Below, piece by piece: positions 50,293 to 59,859 of a stretch of DNA of 64,000 nucleotides (position 1 is its first letter; every line of letters begins with the position of its first letter). A program made the translations under genes and the position numbers. The notes below the pieces were generated by a model, which was given only the letters and a program-made list of their open reading frames with translations, searched no databases and was not told the DNA's origin. This DNA is from an uncultured Collinsella sp. (GTDB taxonomy: Bacteria > Actinomycetota > Coriobacteriia > Coriobacteriales > Coriobacteriaceae), in contig CAUDDF010000003.1 in the NCBI GenBank assembly GCA_958448275.1, positions 13,051-77,050 on the forward strand, in the 5' to 3' direction.

Positions 50293-52323
50293 ATGACCAC
50301 ACCTGCATCCAAGCTGCTCCAGCCCATTACGGTTGGCCCCCTTGAGCTCAAGAACCGCATTATGTTTCCGCCGCTGACCACCGGCTACGAGGAGCGTGAC
50401 GGTTCCATCGGCGAGCGCAGCCTGGCTTTTTACGAGCGCTTGGCCCGTGGCGGCGTGAGCTACATCGTCATCGGCGACGTCGCTCCCGTCATGACCGCAA
50501 GCCCCACGCCCAAGCTGGCAACCGACGCCCAGATCCCCACGTTTAAGGCGCTGGCCGACGCCGTCCACAAGCACGGCGCCAAGGTCGCGCTGCAGCTGTT
50601 CCACCCCGAGTACGATGTGCCCGGTGTCGGCCGCATGGTCATGGGATCCATGGCCGCCGCCAAGGCCGCGCAGGAGGCCAAGGCCGCCGGCGACGAGGAG
50701 ACCTTTGCCGCCAAGATGGCCGAGTCCAACGAGATCCGCAACCAGGCCTACGCCAAGCTGCATCACGACATGCAGCACTTTGTGAACGAGGCGAGCGTAG
50801 AGCAGCTCACCCAGATCAAGGAGGCCATCGCTGCCTCGGCCGCTCGCGCACAGCAGGCCGGGATCGACGCTATCGAGGTCCACGGCGACCGCCTGGTGGG
50901 TTCGCTGTGCTCGGCCATCCTCAACCAGCGCACCGACGAGTACGGTGGTTCGTTCGAGAACCGCGTTCGCTACGCGCTGGAGGTCGTCGCCGCCATTAAG
51001 GAGGCCGCGCCGCAGCTGATGGTGGAGTACAAGCTCCCCGTGATCATGGAGAACCCCGACGGCACGCCGCGCGGCAAGGGCGGCCTGCAGCCCGACGAGG
51101 CCTGCGAGTTCGCCAAGCTGCTCGAGGGCGCGGGCATCGATATGATCCAGGTCGCACAGGCCAACCACACCGGCAACATGGGCGACACCATTCCGCCCAT
51201 GGGCGCCATGCCCTACAACTGGACGCTGCCCGTGGCCGAGCGCGTCAAGGCCCTGGTCTCCGTGCCGGTGGCAACCGTGGGCCGCGTGGTTTCGGTCGAG
51301 GCCGGCGAGAAGATTCTGGAAGACGGCGCCGCCGACATCATCGCCTATGGCCGCTCGCTCATGTGCGACCCCGACATTGCGCTGAAGGCCGCCACGGGTG
51401 AGCCCATCCGCGAGTGCCTCAACTGCAACAAGGGCTGCGTCGACGCGATTCAAAATCGCAAGTACATCTCGTGCGTGCTCAATGCCGAGAACGGCGACGA
51501 GGCGACCATCGCCATTAAGCCGGGCGAGGGCGACAAGAAGATCGCCGTGGTGGGCGGCGGCATCGCCGGCCTGGAGGCCGCACGCGTGGCGGCCAAGCGC
51601 GGCTACGACGTGACCATCTACGAGGCGAGCGATCACTTGGGCGGCCAGATTGTGCTGGCGGCTGCGCCTCCGCGCAAGGACGAGATCATGCGCTCGGTCG
51701 AGTACTACGAGAAGATTCTGCCTGGCCTGGGCGTGAAGGTTGAGCTCAGCCATGCCGCTACCGCTGAGGACCTCAATGCCGCCGACGCCGCGATTGTGGC
51801 CGTGGGCGCGCACGACGTGGTCATCCCCGTTTCGGGCGCCGACTCGGAGAAGGTCGTCTCGAGCTGGGACGTGCTGGCCGGCAAGGCGGAGATCAACGGC
51901 CGCGTCGCTGTCATTGGCGGTGGCCTGGTGGGCACCGAGACTGCCGAGTATCTGCTGCAGCACGGCTGCGAGGTGGCGATCGTGGAGATGCTCGACAAGA
52001 TTGCCGCGGGCGAGTCCGAGACCATTCTGCCGCTGATTATGAGCGACTTTGCAGAGCACAACGTGGAGCAGCACGTTAAGACCCGCCTGACCGCCATTAC
52101 CGACGAGGGCGTGGAGGCCATTCGCACCACCGAGGACGGCGCCGAGGAGCCGGTGAAGATCGCCTGCGATTACGTGGTGATGGCCGTGGGCTCCAAGGCC
52201 AACGCGTTTGACCTGGATGGCGTGACGGTGCCCGTGACCTGCGTGGGCGACTGCTCGGGTGAGCGCACCGCCGACATTGCGAGCGCCATTCGCACGGCGT
52301 ATCACGCGGCCAACGAGCTGTAG
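50293..52323 (+). CDS. bilR: Old Yellow Enzyme family NAD(P)H:flavin oxidoreductase, long form with HGDR motif (bilirubin reductase-like)
   Basis: LKNRIMFPPLTTGY, LQLFHPE, IEVHGDRL (not HGYL), RTDEYGGSFENR, CLNCNKGC..C Fe-S motif, GGGIAG and GGGLVG Rossmann motifs. Confidence 0.8.
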   Translation: MTTPASKLLQPITVGPLELKNRIMFPPLTTGYEERDGSIGERSLAFYERLARGGVSYIVIGDVAPVMTASPTPKLATDAQIPTFKALADAVHKHGAKVALQLFHPEYDVPGVGRMVMGSMAAAKAAQEAKAAGDEETFAAKMAESNEIRNQAYAKLHHDMQHFVNEASVEQLTQIKEAIAASAARAQQAGIDAIEVHGDRLVGSLCSAILNQRTDEYGGSFENRVRYALEVVAAIKEAAPQLMVEYKLPVIMENPDGTPRGKGGLQPDEACEFAKLLEGAGIDMIQVAQANHTGNMGDTIPPMGAMPYNWTLPVAERVKALVSVPVATVGRVVSVEAGEKILEDGAADIIAYGRSLMCDPDIALKAATGEPIRECLNCNKGCVDAIQNRKYISCVLNAENGDEATIAIKPGEGDKKIAVVGGGIAGLEAARVAAKRGYDVTIYEASDHLGGQIVLAAAPPRKDEIMRSVEYYEKILPGLGVKVELSHAATAEDLNAADAAIVAVGAHDVVIPVSGADSEKVVSSWDVLAGKAEINGRVAVIGGGLVGTETAEYLLQHGCEVAIVEMLDKIAAGESETILPLIMSDFAEHNVEQHVKTRLTAITDEGVEAIRTTEDGAEEPVKIACDYVVMAVGSKANAFDLDGVTVPVTCVGDCSGERTADIASAIRTAYHAANEL

Positions 52324-52398
52324 TTGAACATCGCGGCCAGGCGGGGCGGTAGCACGGATCCGTCTCGCCCGGCTGTGTCCCGTCGGGTGTCAACCGGT

Positions 52399-52439
52399 GC
52401 GGGGCCTGCAAGCGCAGCAGGTCCCGCCCTTTTTGTTTT
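52399..52439 (+). terminator. Terminator after the bilR-like gene
   Basis: gcggggcctgc..gcaggtcccgc followed by cctttttgtttt. Confidence 0.7.
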
Positions 52440-52772
52440 GCTCCGATGAATGGCAATGCGCGGTAATCATGAGGAGTGAGGACGTCTACTGCCTTGCAGA
52501 TCACTCAAAATTATTGGGGGAGGGGTTAATAACTATATCCTCTATACCAAAGGACATAAAGAGATGCCAACTTTGTTGACAAGCGAATGACGATTGGCTG
52601 CGAGTCAGCTACCAGCGTAAATAATCGATAAAGAAATGTCGTAATTTGGTGCCAAATGTCCAGATAACACCGCGTCTACTTTAATTAACTGCTTTGAGCA
52701 AACAGTAAAATGCTACTATCTAACTTGCACGTAAGAAAGCAGATTAACGGCTAAGGCTAAGAAGTGGCAGGT

Positions 52773-53168
52773 ATGTCGGAAGCAACTAGGACTCGCACGC
52801 ATGCGCCCGAGGTTAGGCAGCGCGCCGTCGAGATCCTCCAAGAGGGGGTCGGTCATCGCGCTCTCGCCGCGGAGCTTGGCATTTCCCAGGCCACGGCTCG
52901 TCAGTGGGCCCGCGCGTATGCCGTGGGCGGTGCCGACGCCGTTCTCAATGCCGGTTCGCATCATCACACCTATTCGTACGACGTAAAGCTCGCTGTGGTT
53001 AAGGACCGTCTGGAAAACGGCTTGACGGTTCGCGAGGCCATGATCAAGCACAAGATTCCCAGCGAGTCTTCGGTCAAGGCTTGGTGCCGTCAGTACCGCG
53101 AGAGCGGTGAGGCCGCACTGGTCGATAAGCCGCGCGGTCGCAAGCCGCGCGTTAAAAAGGCGGAATAG
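52773..53168 (+). CDS. Tandem helix-turn-helix protein resembling IS3/IS150 OrfA, without OrfB
   Basis: Two HTH units (LAAELGIS.ATARQW.RAY..GG; YSYDVKLAVV..S.V.AWCRQYRE.G), C-terminal PRGRKP. Confidence 0.7.
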   Translation: MSEATRTRTHAPEVRQRAVEILQEGVGHRALAAELGISQATARQWARAYAVGGADAVLNAGSHHHTYSYDVKLAVVKDRLENGLTVREAMIKHKIPSESSVKAWCRQYRESGEAALVDKPRGRKPRVKKAE

Positions 53169-53455
53169 CAAACGGGATGGTGCGCCCACAGGGGCGCATT
53201 TTTCTTGCCACGCCAACTTTTTGGACCGCCGCGAGCCTATCGGGACATCCTCCAAAATGGCCAATAAACCGCGCGCAGTGGCCCGTGCGCCCACCGCTGC
53301 GATAGGGGGAGCGTCGCCCCTTTGCTCCAATGCGGACAGACTCCTTGCCCCGTACGCCTAAAACTCCCCAGTTGACCGAAAACCCGCTGCCGCTACTCAT
53401 CAATTGAGCTATAACGTTAAACAATTGCAGCGTTTTTGCATGGGGGAGTGATGGT

Positions 53456-56338
53456 ATGACGCTACTGTATTTCCTTACCCTGTTTCCGCTGGTACCGGCG
53501 CTGGGCATGCTGTTCGCGCGCGGCGACCGCGCCCGCGATGCGGTGGGGCTCATAGGTTCCGGCATTATTATGGCGGTGACAGTTGTAGTCGCCGTCATGT
53601 TTTTTGGCATGGGTCCGCAGAGCTTTGAGGTTGCCTCCGGCACCTCGCATGTGCTCTCGATCATCAGCTCCGTCATCGACGTCATCCTGTGCGCCGTAAT
53701 CCTGTACAACGCGTACAAATATAGGAACGCGCTCGCCACGGTGCTCGGCATAGTCCAGCTGGTGGGCTCGTTCGCCTTTGCAGCCATGACGCTGCCCGCG
53801 GTCGAAGCCGTCACGGCGACGCCGCTCTACCTGGACTACATGAGTGTGATCATGGTCCTCGCCGTCGGCATCGTCGGTAGCCTAATCTGCGTGTATGCCC
53901 TGGGCTACATGAAGGACTTCCAGGCCCATGACGAGCACGAGGCTGCGCTGCGCGGGCAGACCGCGCCCGACCGTCGCCCGCAGTTCCTGGCGCTTATGTT
54001 TCTATTCCTCTCGGCCATGTTCGTCATCGTGACGAGTGACAACCTTGAGTGGCTGTTCTGCGGCTGGGAAATCACCACCGTGTGCTCGTTCCTTATGATT
54101 GGCTACACGCGCACGCCCGAGGCCATCAAAAACGCCTTCACCCAGATCATCCTCAACATGCTGGGCGGCATCGCGTTTTTGGCGGGCCTTATGTTTCTGC
54201 ACGTCAATGGCATGCCGCTGACCATCTCGGGCATGATCGAGCTTTCCGGCGCCGGAACCGCGCAGTCCGCGCTGCTGGTGATGCCGGTCGTTCTGCTGTC
54301 GCTCGCCGCGCTCACCAAGGCCGCACAGATGCCGTTCCACACTTGGCTGCTGGGTGCCATGGTTGCCCCCACGCCCACGAGCGCCCTGCTGCACTCGTCA
54401 ACCATGGTCAAAGCCGGCGTATTCCTGATGGTCAAGCTGAGCCCGCTCTATGCCATCTATCCTGTGACCGGCTTTATGGTAACGAGTGTGGGTGCCATCA
54501 CGTTTTTGCTCGCTGCCCTCATGGCCATCTCGCAGAGCAACGCCAAACGCGTGCTCGCGTACTCCACCATTTCCAACTTGGGCCTCATTAGTGCCTGCTT
54601 GGGTGTCGGCGCGCCCGAGGCCGTATGGGCGGCCATCTTCCTGATCCTGTTCCACACGGTGGCCAAGTCGCTGCTGTTCCTGTGCGTGGGCACGGCCGAG
54701 CATCATATCGGCAGCCGCGATATCGAGGACATGGACGGCATGTTCAGCCGCATGCCGCACCTGACGCGCCTGATGATGCTGGGCATCATGGGCATGTTTG
54801 TGGCGCCGTTTGGCATGCTCGTGTCCAAGTGGGGCGCCCTGGTGGCGTTCGCGCAGACCGGCAACGTGCTCATGATCATGGTGCTTGCCTTTGGCTCGGC
54901 CGCGACGTTCTTCTTCTGGGGCAAGTGGCTTGCCAAGCTTTCGGGCGTCGACCCCACGGCTCAAAACGTTGAGGTCAATGTCCATAAGACCGAATGGATG
55001 GCCCTCAACACCATCGCCGCGCTGCTTATTCTGTGCTGCGTGGCGTTCCCGGTTATCTCGAGCGGTCTGGTGTCGCCTTACTTGGCCATGGTGTTTGGCC
55101 GCGTGCCGTACGTTATTGGCAAGGACGCCATGTATCTGATGGTGGTTATCGTGGCTTTTATTGCCGTGGTGTTGCTGACTTCATTCCGCGTGAGCAACAA
55201 ACCGCATGTAAACGTATATCTTTCGGGTGTGGGAACCGACAAATATCGCCATTTCCGCGGCTCGATGGGACACGAGGTAAAGGCCGAAAAGCGCAATTGG
55301 TACTCGGAGGACGCCCTTGGCGAGAAGCGTATTGGCCCCGCGGGTAGCGTCGTGTGCTGCAGCATTATCTTGTTTGCGCTGCTGTGTTGCGCATGGATTG
55401 GGCCCGAGAGACTTGCCATGAGTGCGCCCTCGGTGCTGCGCGGCAAGTATTTTGAAGGTTCGGGTGTCGTGGGCATTTTTATTGGCACCGTGGCGTTTGC
55501 CCTGCTGGCGCCGCTTGTGGGTGGCATGATCGACGGCATTGACCGCAAGCTGTCCGCCCGAATGCAGGGCCGCGTGGGCCCGCGCCTGCTGCAGCCCTTC
55601 TACGACGTTGCCAAGCTGCTGCGCAAGGCCCCCGCCAGCGTAAACACCATGGACGATACCTATATGGCGTGCGCGCTCATCTTTACCGTGGTGGGCGGCG
55701 GCATCTTTGTGTCGGGCTCTAACACGCTACTGTGCGCTTTTATGGTGACGCTCGCCGCGATCTTTGTGGTGCTGGCGTCCGCCTCGACGCAAAGCCCGTT
55801 TGCCCAGGTTGGCGCCGATCGTGAGTTACTGCAGGTTATGAGTTACGAGCCCGCCGTTTTGCTGATGAGCGTGGGCCTGTACCTTGCCACCGACAGCTTT
55901 GATTCCATCGCCGTGACGGGGCAGTCGGTCCCCATCATCGTGCACAGCGCGCCCATTTTCCTCGCGTTGCTCGCGGTGCTTACCATCAAGCTGCGCAAGT
56001 CGCCGTTTGACCTTTCGTACTCGCATCATGCGCATCAGGAGATCGTCCAGGGCGTCGCCACCGAGATGAGCGGCGGCACGCTGGCCAAGATGACCCTTAT
56101 GCACTGGTGCGAGACCGTGCTGTTTTTGATGTGGGTGGGCATGTTCTTTGTCTGGGGCAACCCCGTGAGCTGGGTTGTAGCCCTGGTCGTGATGGCCGCG
56201 ACGTATTTTGTCGAGGTCCTGATCGACAACACCTTCGCACGCAGCACCTGGCGCAGCTGCTTTAGGCTCGGATGGGGCGTGGTGCTGGTGTTTGGCCTGC
56301 TCAACCTTATGCCCATCCTCGTCGACGTGTTTATTTAG
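53456..56338 (+). CDS. echA: Energy-converting hydrogenase membrane subunit, fused EchA (NuoL-like) and EchB (NuoH-like)
   Basis: WEITTVCSFLMIGY, KAAQMPFHTWLLGAMVAPTPTSALLHSSTMVKAG, LAYSTIS; then GIDRKLSARMQGRVGP..LQPFYDV.KL, KSPFDLS. Confidence 0.88.
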   Translation: MTLLYFLTLFPLVPALGMLFARGDRARDAVGLIGSGIIMAVTVVVAVMFFGMGPQSFEVASGTSHVLSIISSVIDVILCAVILYNAYKYRNALATVLGIVQLVGSFAFAAMTLPAVEAVTATPLYLDYMSVIMVLAVGIVGSLICVYALGYMKDFQAHDEHEAALRGQTAPDRRPQFLALMFLFLSAMFVIVTSDNLEWLFCGWEITTVCSFLMIGYTRTPEAIKNAFTQIILNMLGGIAFLAGLMFLHVNGMPLTISGMIELSGAGTAQSALLVMPVVLLSLAALTKAAQMPFHTWLLGAMVAPTPTSALLHSSTMVKAGVFLMVKLSPLYAIYPVTGFMVTSVGAITFLLAALMAISQSNAKRVLAYSTISNLGLISACLGVGAPEAVWAAIFLILFHTVAKSLLFLCVGTAEHHIGSRDIEDMDGMFSRMPHLTRLMMLGIMGMFVAPFGMLVSKWGALVAFAQTGNVLMIMVLAFGSAATFFFWGKWLAKLSGVDPTAQNVEVNVHKTEWMALNTIAALLILCCVAFPVISSGLVSPYLAMVFGRVPYVIGKDAMYLMVVIVAFIAVVLLTSFRVSNKPHVNVYLSGVGTDKYRHFRGSMGHEVKAEKRNWYSEDALGEKRIGPAGSVVCCSIILFALLCCAWIGPERLAMSAPSVLRGKYFEGSGVVGIFIGTVAFALLAPLVGGMIDGIDRKLSARMQGRVGPRLLQPFYDVAKLLRKAPASVNTMDDTYMACALIFTVVGGGIFVSGSNTLLCAFMVTLAAIFVVLASASTQSPFAQVGADRELLQVMSYEPAVLLMSVGLYLATDSFDSIAVTGQSVPIIVHSAPIFLALLAVLTIKLRKSPFDLSYSHHAHQEIVQGVATEMSGGTLAKMTLMHWCETVLFLMWVGMFFVWGNPVSWVVALVVMAATYFVEVLIDNTFARSTWRSCFRLGWGVVLVFGLLNLMPILVDVFI

Positions 56339-56350
56339 GAGGCGGCATCC

Positions 56351-56941
56351 ATGGATCATAAAATGTCGCGCTCGCCGTGGGTCATTCATTACGACGGCTC
56401 GAGCTGCAACGGATGCGATATCGAGGTGCTGGCCTCGCTCACGCCGCTGTTCGATGCGGAGCGCTTTGGCGTGGTCAACACCGGCAACCCCAAGCATGCG
56501 GATATCTTTTTGGTGACGGGGTCGGTCAATGCCCAGAACCTGCCCGTCGTGCGCCAGATCTACAGCCAGATGCTCGAGCCCAAGTGCGTGGTGGCGTGCG
56601 GCATTTGCGCGTGTTCGGGCGGCGTATTCCGCGATGCCTATAACGTGATCGGCGGCGTGGACCGCGCGATTCCCGTGGACGTGTATGCGCCCGGGTGCGC
56701 CATTCGTCCCGAGACCGTGATCGATGCCATCGTGGAGGCGTGCGGCATCCTTGATCAGAAGGAGGCCGTGATGCGCGCCGGCGGTGACCCGCTTACCGTG
56801 GGCGGCGCTGCTACCTGGGATGGCGGCGTCGAGTTGGGCGAGGACGGGTTCGTGGCTGCAGCTGGGGCCGGGGCTGACGGTGCCGGTGACGCGCCTGCCG
56901 AGAAACCCGCAGCGCCCGTCGCTGCAAAGGAGGCCGAGTAA
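56351..56941 (+). CDS. echC: Ech hydrogenase small subunit (NuoB-like)
   Basis: SCNGCDIE, GNPKHAD, GICACSGG, PGCAIRPE. Confidence 0.9.
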   Translation: MDHKMSRSPWVIHYDGSSCNGCDIEVLASLTPLFDAERFGVVNTGNPKHADIFLVTGSVNAQNLPVVRQIYSQMLEPKCVVACGICACSGGVFRDAYNVIGGVDRAIPVDVYAPGCAIRPETVIDAIVEACGILDQKEAVMRAGGDPLTVGGAATWDGGVELGEDGFVAAAGAGADGAGDAPAEKPAAPVAAKEAE

Positions 56942-57660
56942 TGCAAAAGGCTATCTATGCCACCGTTGGGATCGACGAGCTTCTGTCGCATGTCCAGGCG
57001 CTCAAGGGCGTCGGCGCGCGCTTTGTGCAGATGCATGCCGAGCGCTGTGTGGACGACGGATCGTATCGCCTGGTCTATACGTTTATCAACGTCCGCGCTG
57101 CGCAGGAGCAGATCGCGCGGGACGGAAACTATGCGATTGAGAATCTGGTGGTCGAGGGTATCGACCAGTACCAGGAGATTCCGTCCATCAGCTCGTACTA
57201 TCCGGCGGTATTCCCGTTTGAAAACGAGGCGCACGACCTGTTTGGTCTTGCCATCACCGACATGCAGATCGACTTTAAGGGCTTTTTCTACCAGGTCTCG
57301 ACTGCCGAACCCATGAGCGTTATCACGCCCGAGGTGAAGGCCGCGCGCGAGAAGGCCATGAAGGTGCGTGCCGCTGCCGAGGACAAGGCGCGCAAGGCCG
57401 CGGCCGAGAAGGTTGCTACTGCCATGGCCGCTGCGGGGGAGGGCACTGCGGGCGTTGGCGATGCTGCGGACGCTGCCGTCGCTCAGCCCGCTGCGGCTGC
57501 CGGCTCCGATGCTCAGCACGATGAGGTCGCTGCAAAGGCCGCGCTCAAGGCTGCCGAGATGGAGGCAAAGCTCGCCGCCATGGATCCCGAGAAAGCGGCC
57601 AAGGTCCGCGCGGCGCTTGCCGCCAAGGTCGCCCGCGACAAGCAGAAAAAGGAGGCGTAA
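56941..57660 (+). CDS. echD: Ech hydrogenase subunit D (NuoC-like) with Ala/Lys-rich C-terminal extension
   Basis: IPSISSYYPAVFPFENEAHDLFG; operon position. Confidence 0.82.
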   Translation: MQKAIYATVGIDELLSHVQALKGVGARFVQMHAERCVDDGSYRLVYTFINVRAAQEQIARDGNYAIENLVVEGIDQYQEIPSISSYYPAVFPFENEAHDLFGLAITDMQIDFKGFFYQVSTAEPMSVITPEVKAAREKAMKVRAAAEDKARKAAAEKVATAMAAAGEGTAGVGDAADAAVAQPAAAAGSDAQHDEVAAKAALKAAEMEAKLAAMDPEKAAKVRAALAAKVARDKQKKEA

Positions 57661-57665
57661 GGTCC

Positions 57666-58754
57666 ATGGCACATCGCTCCGTTATTCCGTTTGGCCCGCA
57701 GCACCCGGTGCTGCCCGAGCCGCTTCATCTGGACCTGGTGATCGAGGACGACCGCGTCATCGAGGCAATTCCGCAGATCGGCTTTGTGCACCGCGGGCTC
57801 GAGAAGCTCACCGAAAAGCGCGACATGCATCAGTTTGGCTACATCGCCGAGCGCATCTGCGGCATCTGCGCCGTGGGCCACAGCTGCGGCTATGCCAGCG
57901 CCTGCGAGCGCATGCTCGGCATCGAGGTGCCTGGTCGCGTGCAGTATATCCGCACCATTCTGCACGAGCTTTCGCGCATTCACTCGCATCTGCTGTGGCT
58001 GGGCCTGCTCGCCGACGCCTTTGGCTTCGAGGCGCTGTTCTATCGGTCATGGACCCTGCGCGAGCAGATACTCAAGATTTTTGAGAGCACTTGCGGCGGG
58101 CGCGTGATTCTGTCGATTAACGAGATCGGCGGCCTTAAGCACGATATCGAGGACTCCGAGCTGGCGGGCATTGTCCAGACGCTCGATGCCATGCGTCCTG
58201 ACTACGAGGCCCTGGTGCATACGTTTTTGGACGACGACAGCTGCGGCGAGCGCCTGCATGGCGTGGGCGTGATTAGCAAGAAAGACGCGCTGGAGCTTTC
58301 GATGGTCGGTCCGTTCGGCCGCGCCTCGGGCGTGGACTACGACGTGCGCATGTTCGGTGACGGCGCCTATGCGGACTTGGCCGCGTTTGAGCCCATCGTT
58401 GCTACCGATGGCGATTGCTATGCCCGCTGCCAGGTGCGTTGCGCCGAGGTCACGCAGGCCATGGACATCATTAAGGAGCTTGTGGGCAAGATTCCGCACG
58501 ACGGGATTGGCGGGCGCACCAAGCTTACGCCGGCCGACGGCGCGCGCGGCGAGGTTGTGATTGAGCAGCCGCGCGGCGAGGCGTATTACTATGTGCGCGG
58601 CAACGGCACCAAGAACCTGGACCGTTTCCGCGTGCGCACGCCGACGTCGCAGAACTTGGCGGGTCTGACGCATGCGCTGCAGGGCGTACTCCTTGCCAAC
58701 GTGCCCATGATTATCCTGACCATCGACCCCTGCATTAGCTGCACGGAAAGGTAG
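57666..58754 (+). CDS. echE: Ech [NiFe] hydrogenase large subunit
   Basis: PFGPQHPVLPEP, L1 ERICGIC, L2 DPCISCTER at the extreme C-terminus. Confidence 0.92.
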   Translation: MAHRSVIPFGPQHPVLPEPLHLDLVIEDDRVIEAIPQIGFVHRGLEKLTEKRDMHQFGYIAERICGICAVGHSCGYASACERMLGIEVPGRVQYIRTILHELSRIHSHLLWLGLLADAFGFEALFYRSWTLREQILKIFESTCGGRVILSINEIGGLKHDIEDSELAGIVQTLDAMRPDYEALVHTFLDDDSCGERLHGVGVISKKDALELSMVGPFGRASGVDYDVRMFGDGAYADLAAFEPIVATDGDCYARCQVRCAEVTQAMDIIKELVGKIPHDGIGGRTKLTPADGARGEVVIEQPRGEAYYYVRGNGTKNLDRFRVRTPTSQNLAGLTHALQGVLLANVPMIILTIDPCISCTER

Positions 58755-58761
58755 GCGCGGC

Positions 58762-59103
58762 ATGAGTTTGCTGACATTTGCCAAGACGGCCTTGGGCTCT
58801 ATGGTCAAGCAGCCGGTAACGGTGTGCTATCCGCAGGAGAAGCTCGCGGCACCCGAGCGCTTGCGCGGGCATATCGTCAACGACATGGACGTGTGTATCT
58901 GCTGCGGCATGTGTGCGCGTCGCTGTCCGGCGGGCGCGCTCGCGGTCGATCGCAAGGGTGGAACGTGGTCGATCGACCCGTATGCCTGTGTGGTGTGCGG
59001 TGAGTGCATCGAGAGCTGCCCCAAGCACTGCCTGACTATGGACACCGCCCGCACCCCAGTTGCGGTGGATAAGACTCCCACGGTAGAAACCAAGCCGGAG
59101 TAG
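58762..59103 (+). CDS. echF: Ech hydrogenase 2x[4Fe-4S] subunit (NuoI-like)
   Basis: CICCGMCARRCP and CVVCGECIESCP; YP....PER.RG. Confidence 0.88.
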   Translation: MSLLTFAKTALGSMVKQPVTVCYPQEKLAAPERLRGHIVNDMDVCICCGMCARRCPAGALAVDRKGGTWSIDPYACVVCGECIESCPKHCLTMDTARTPVAVDKTPTVETKPE

Positions 59104-59111
59104 CGCGAAGA

Positions 59112-59147
59112 CGGGGCCGGTGGGGCAAAAATGCCCCACCGGCCCCG
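59112..59147 (+). terminator. Strong hairpin ending the ech operon
   Basis: cggggccggtggggca-aaaa-tgccccaccggccccg (16-bp perfect stem, no clear U tract). Confidence 0.55.
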
Positions 59148-59177
59148 CGCTTAAACGCGCGGTTGTGCCGCTGCGAA

Positions 59178-59835
59178 CAAAACTATGCCGGATTACGGGG
59201 CTGGATAGCGAACCTCCGACCATACAGAAAATTGCAAAAACAAAACCGCAGGTAGATAGCTTGCCGTTTTTCAAAAAATGAAGGTATGGATGAGGGCCCC
59301 GACTTTAGCCCCGTAATCCGGCATAGTTTTGAAATGGCGCCATATCCGTAACAGCCTTTGATCTCCCGTGGGCAGAGGGAAACGGATCATTTTGGCCTTG
59401 CGAGGGCTGCCACGTGACCCGTCTGCCACGAAATGGGCCCATCTACTACGTTTAGGTGGCAGCCCTCGACCACAGCAAGTAATGCGAAATGAAAACCGCA
59501 GGTAGAACGCCTGCGGTTTTTCATGAAAAGCGGTTATGGTCGGGGGTATCGAGTCAAACGTAGTAGATGGGCCGATTTCGTGGCAGGCGCCGTCGGCCGA
59601 TCCCCGTGGGCGGAGGAAAACGGATCATTTTGGTCCCGCGAGGCTTGCGGGGGCACTCGTGTAGGGCCGCCCGAACAAAACTATGCCGGTTTACTACGAT
59701 GAATCCGAGATTCCTGACCACACCCGCATTTTTGCAAATATCGCAAGTGTTCTACCTGCGGTTTTGTAAGTGCGCAATTTGCCGTGGTCGGAGATATGCG
59801 GTTCATCGTAGTAAACCGGCATAGTTTTGAAATGG
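59178..59835. repeat. Mosaic palindrome array 2: A (59178-59337), C', B (59425-59584), C', A-variant (59676-59835)
   Basis: Same A, B and C units as 42663-43158 in reverse orientation; common core aaaaccgcaggtaga. Confidence 0.9.
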
Positions 59836-59859
59836 CATCAAATTGGCGGCAGCCAGCGG

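Noticed and set aside
52764..53330. Complete IS3-family element with -1 frameshift at T-AAA-AAG
   Set aside because: The -1 frame closes after about 50 codons with no integrase/DDE motifs, and no terminal inverted repeats were found.
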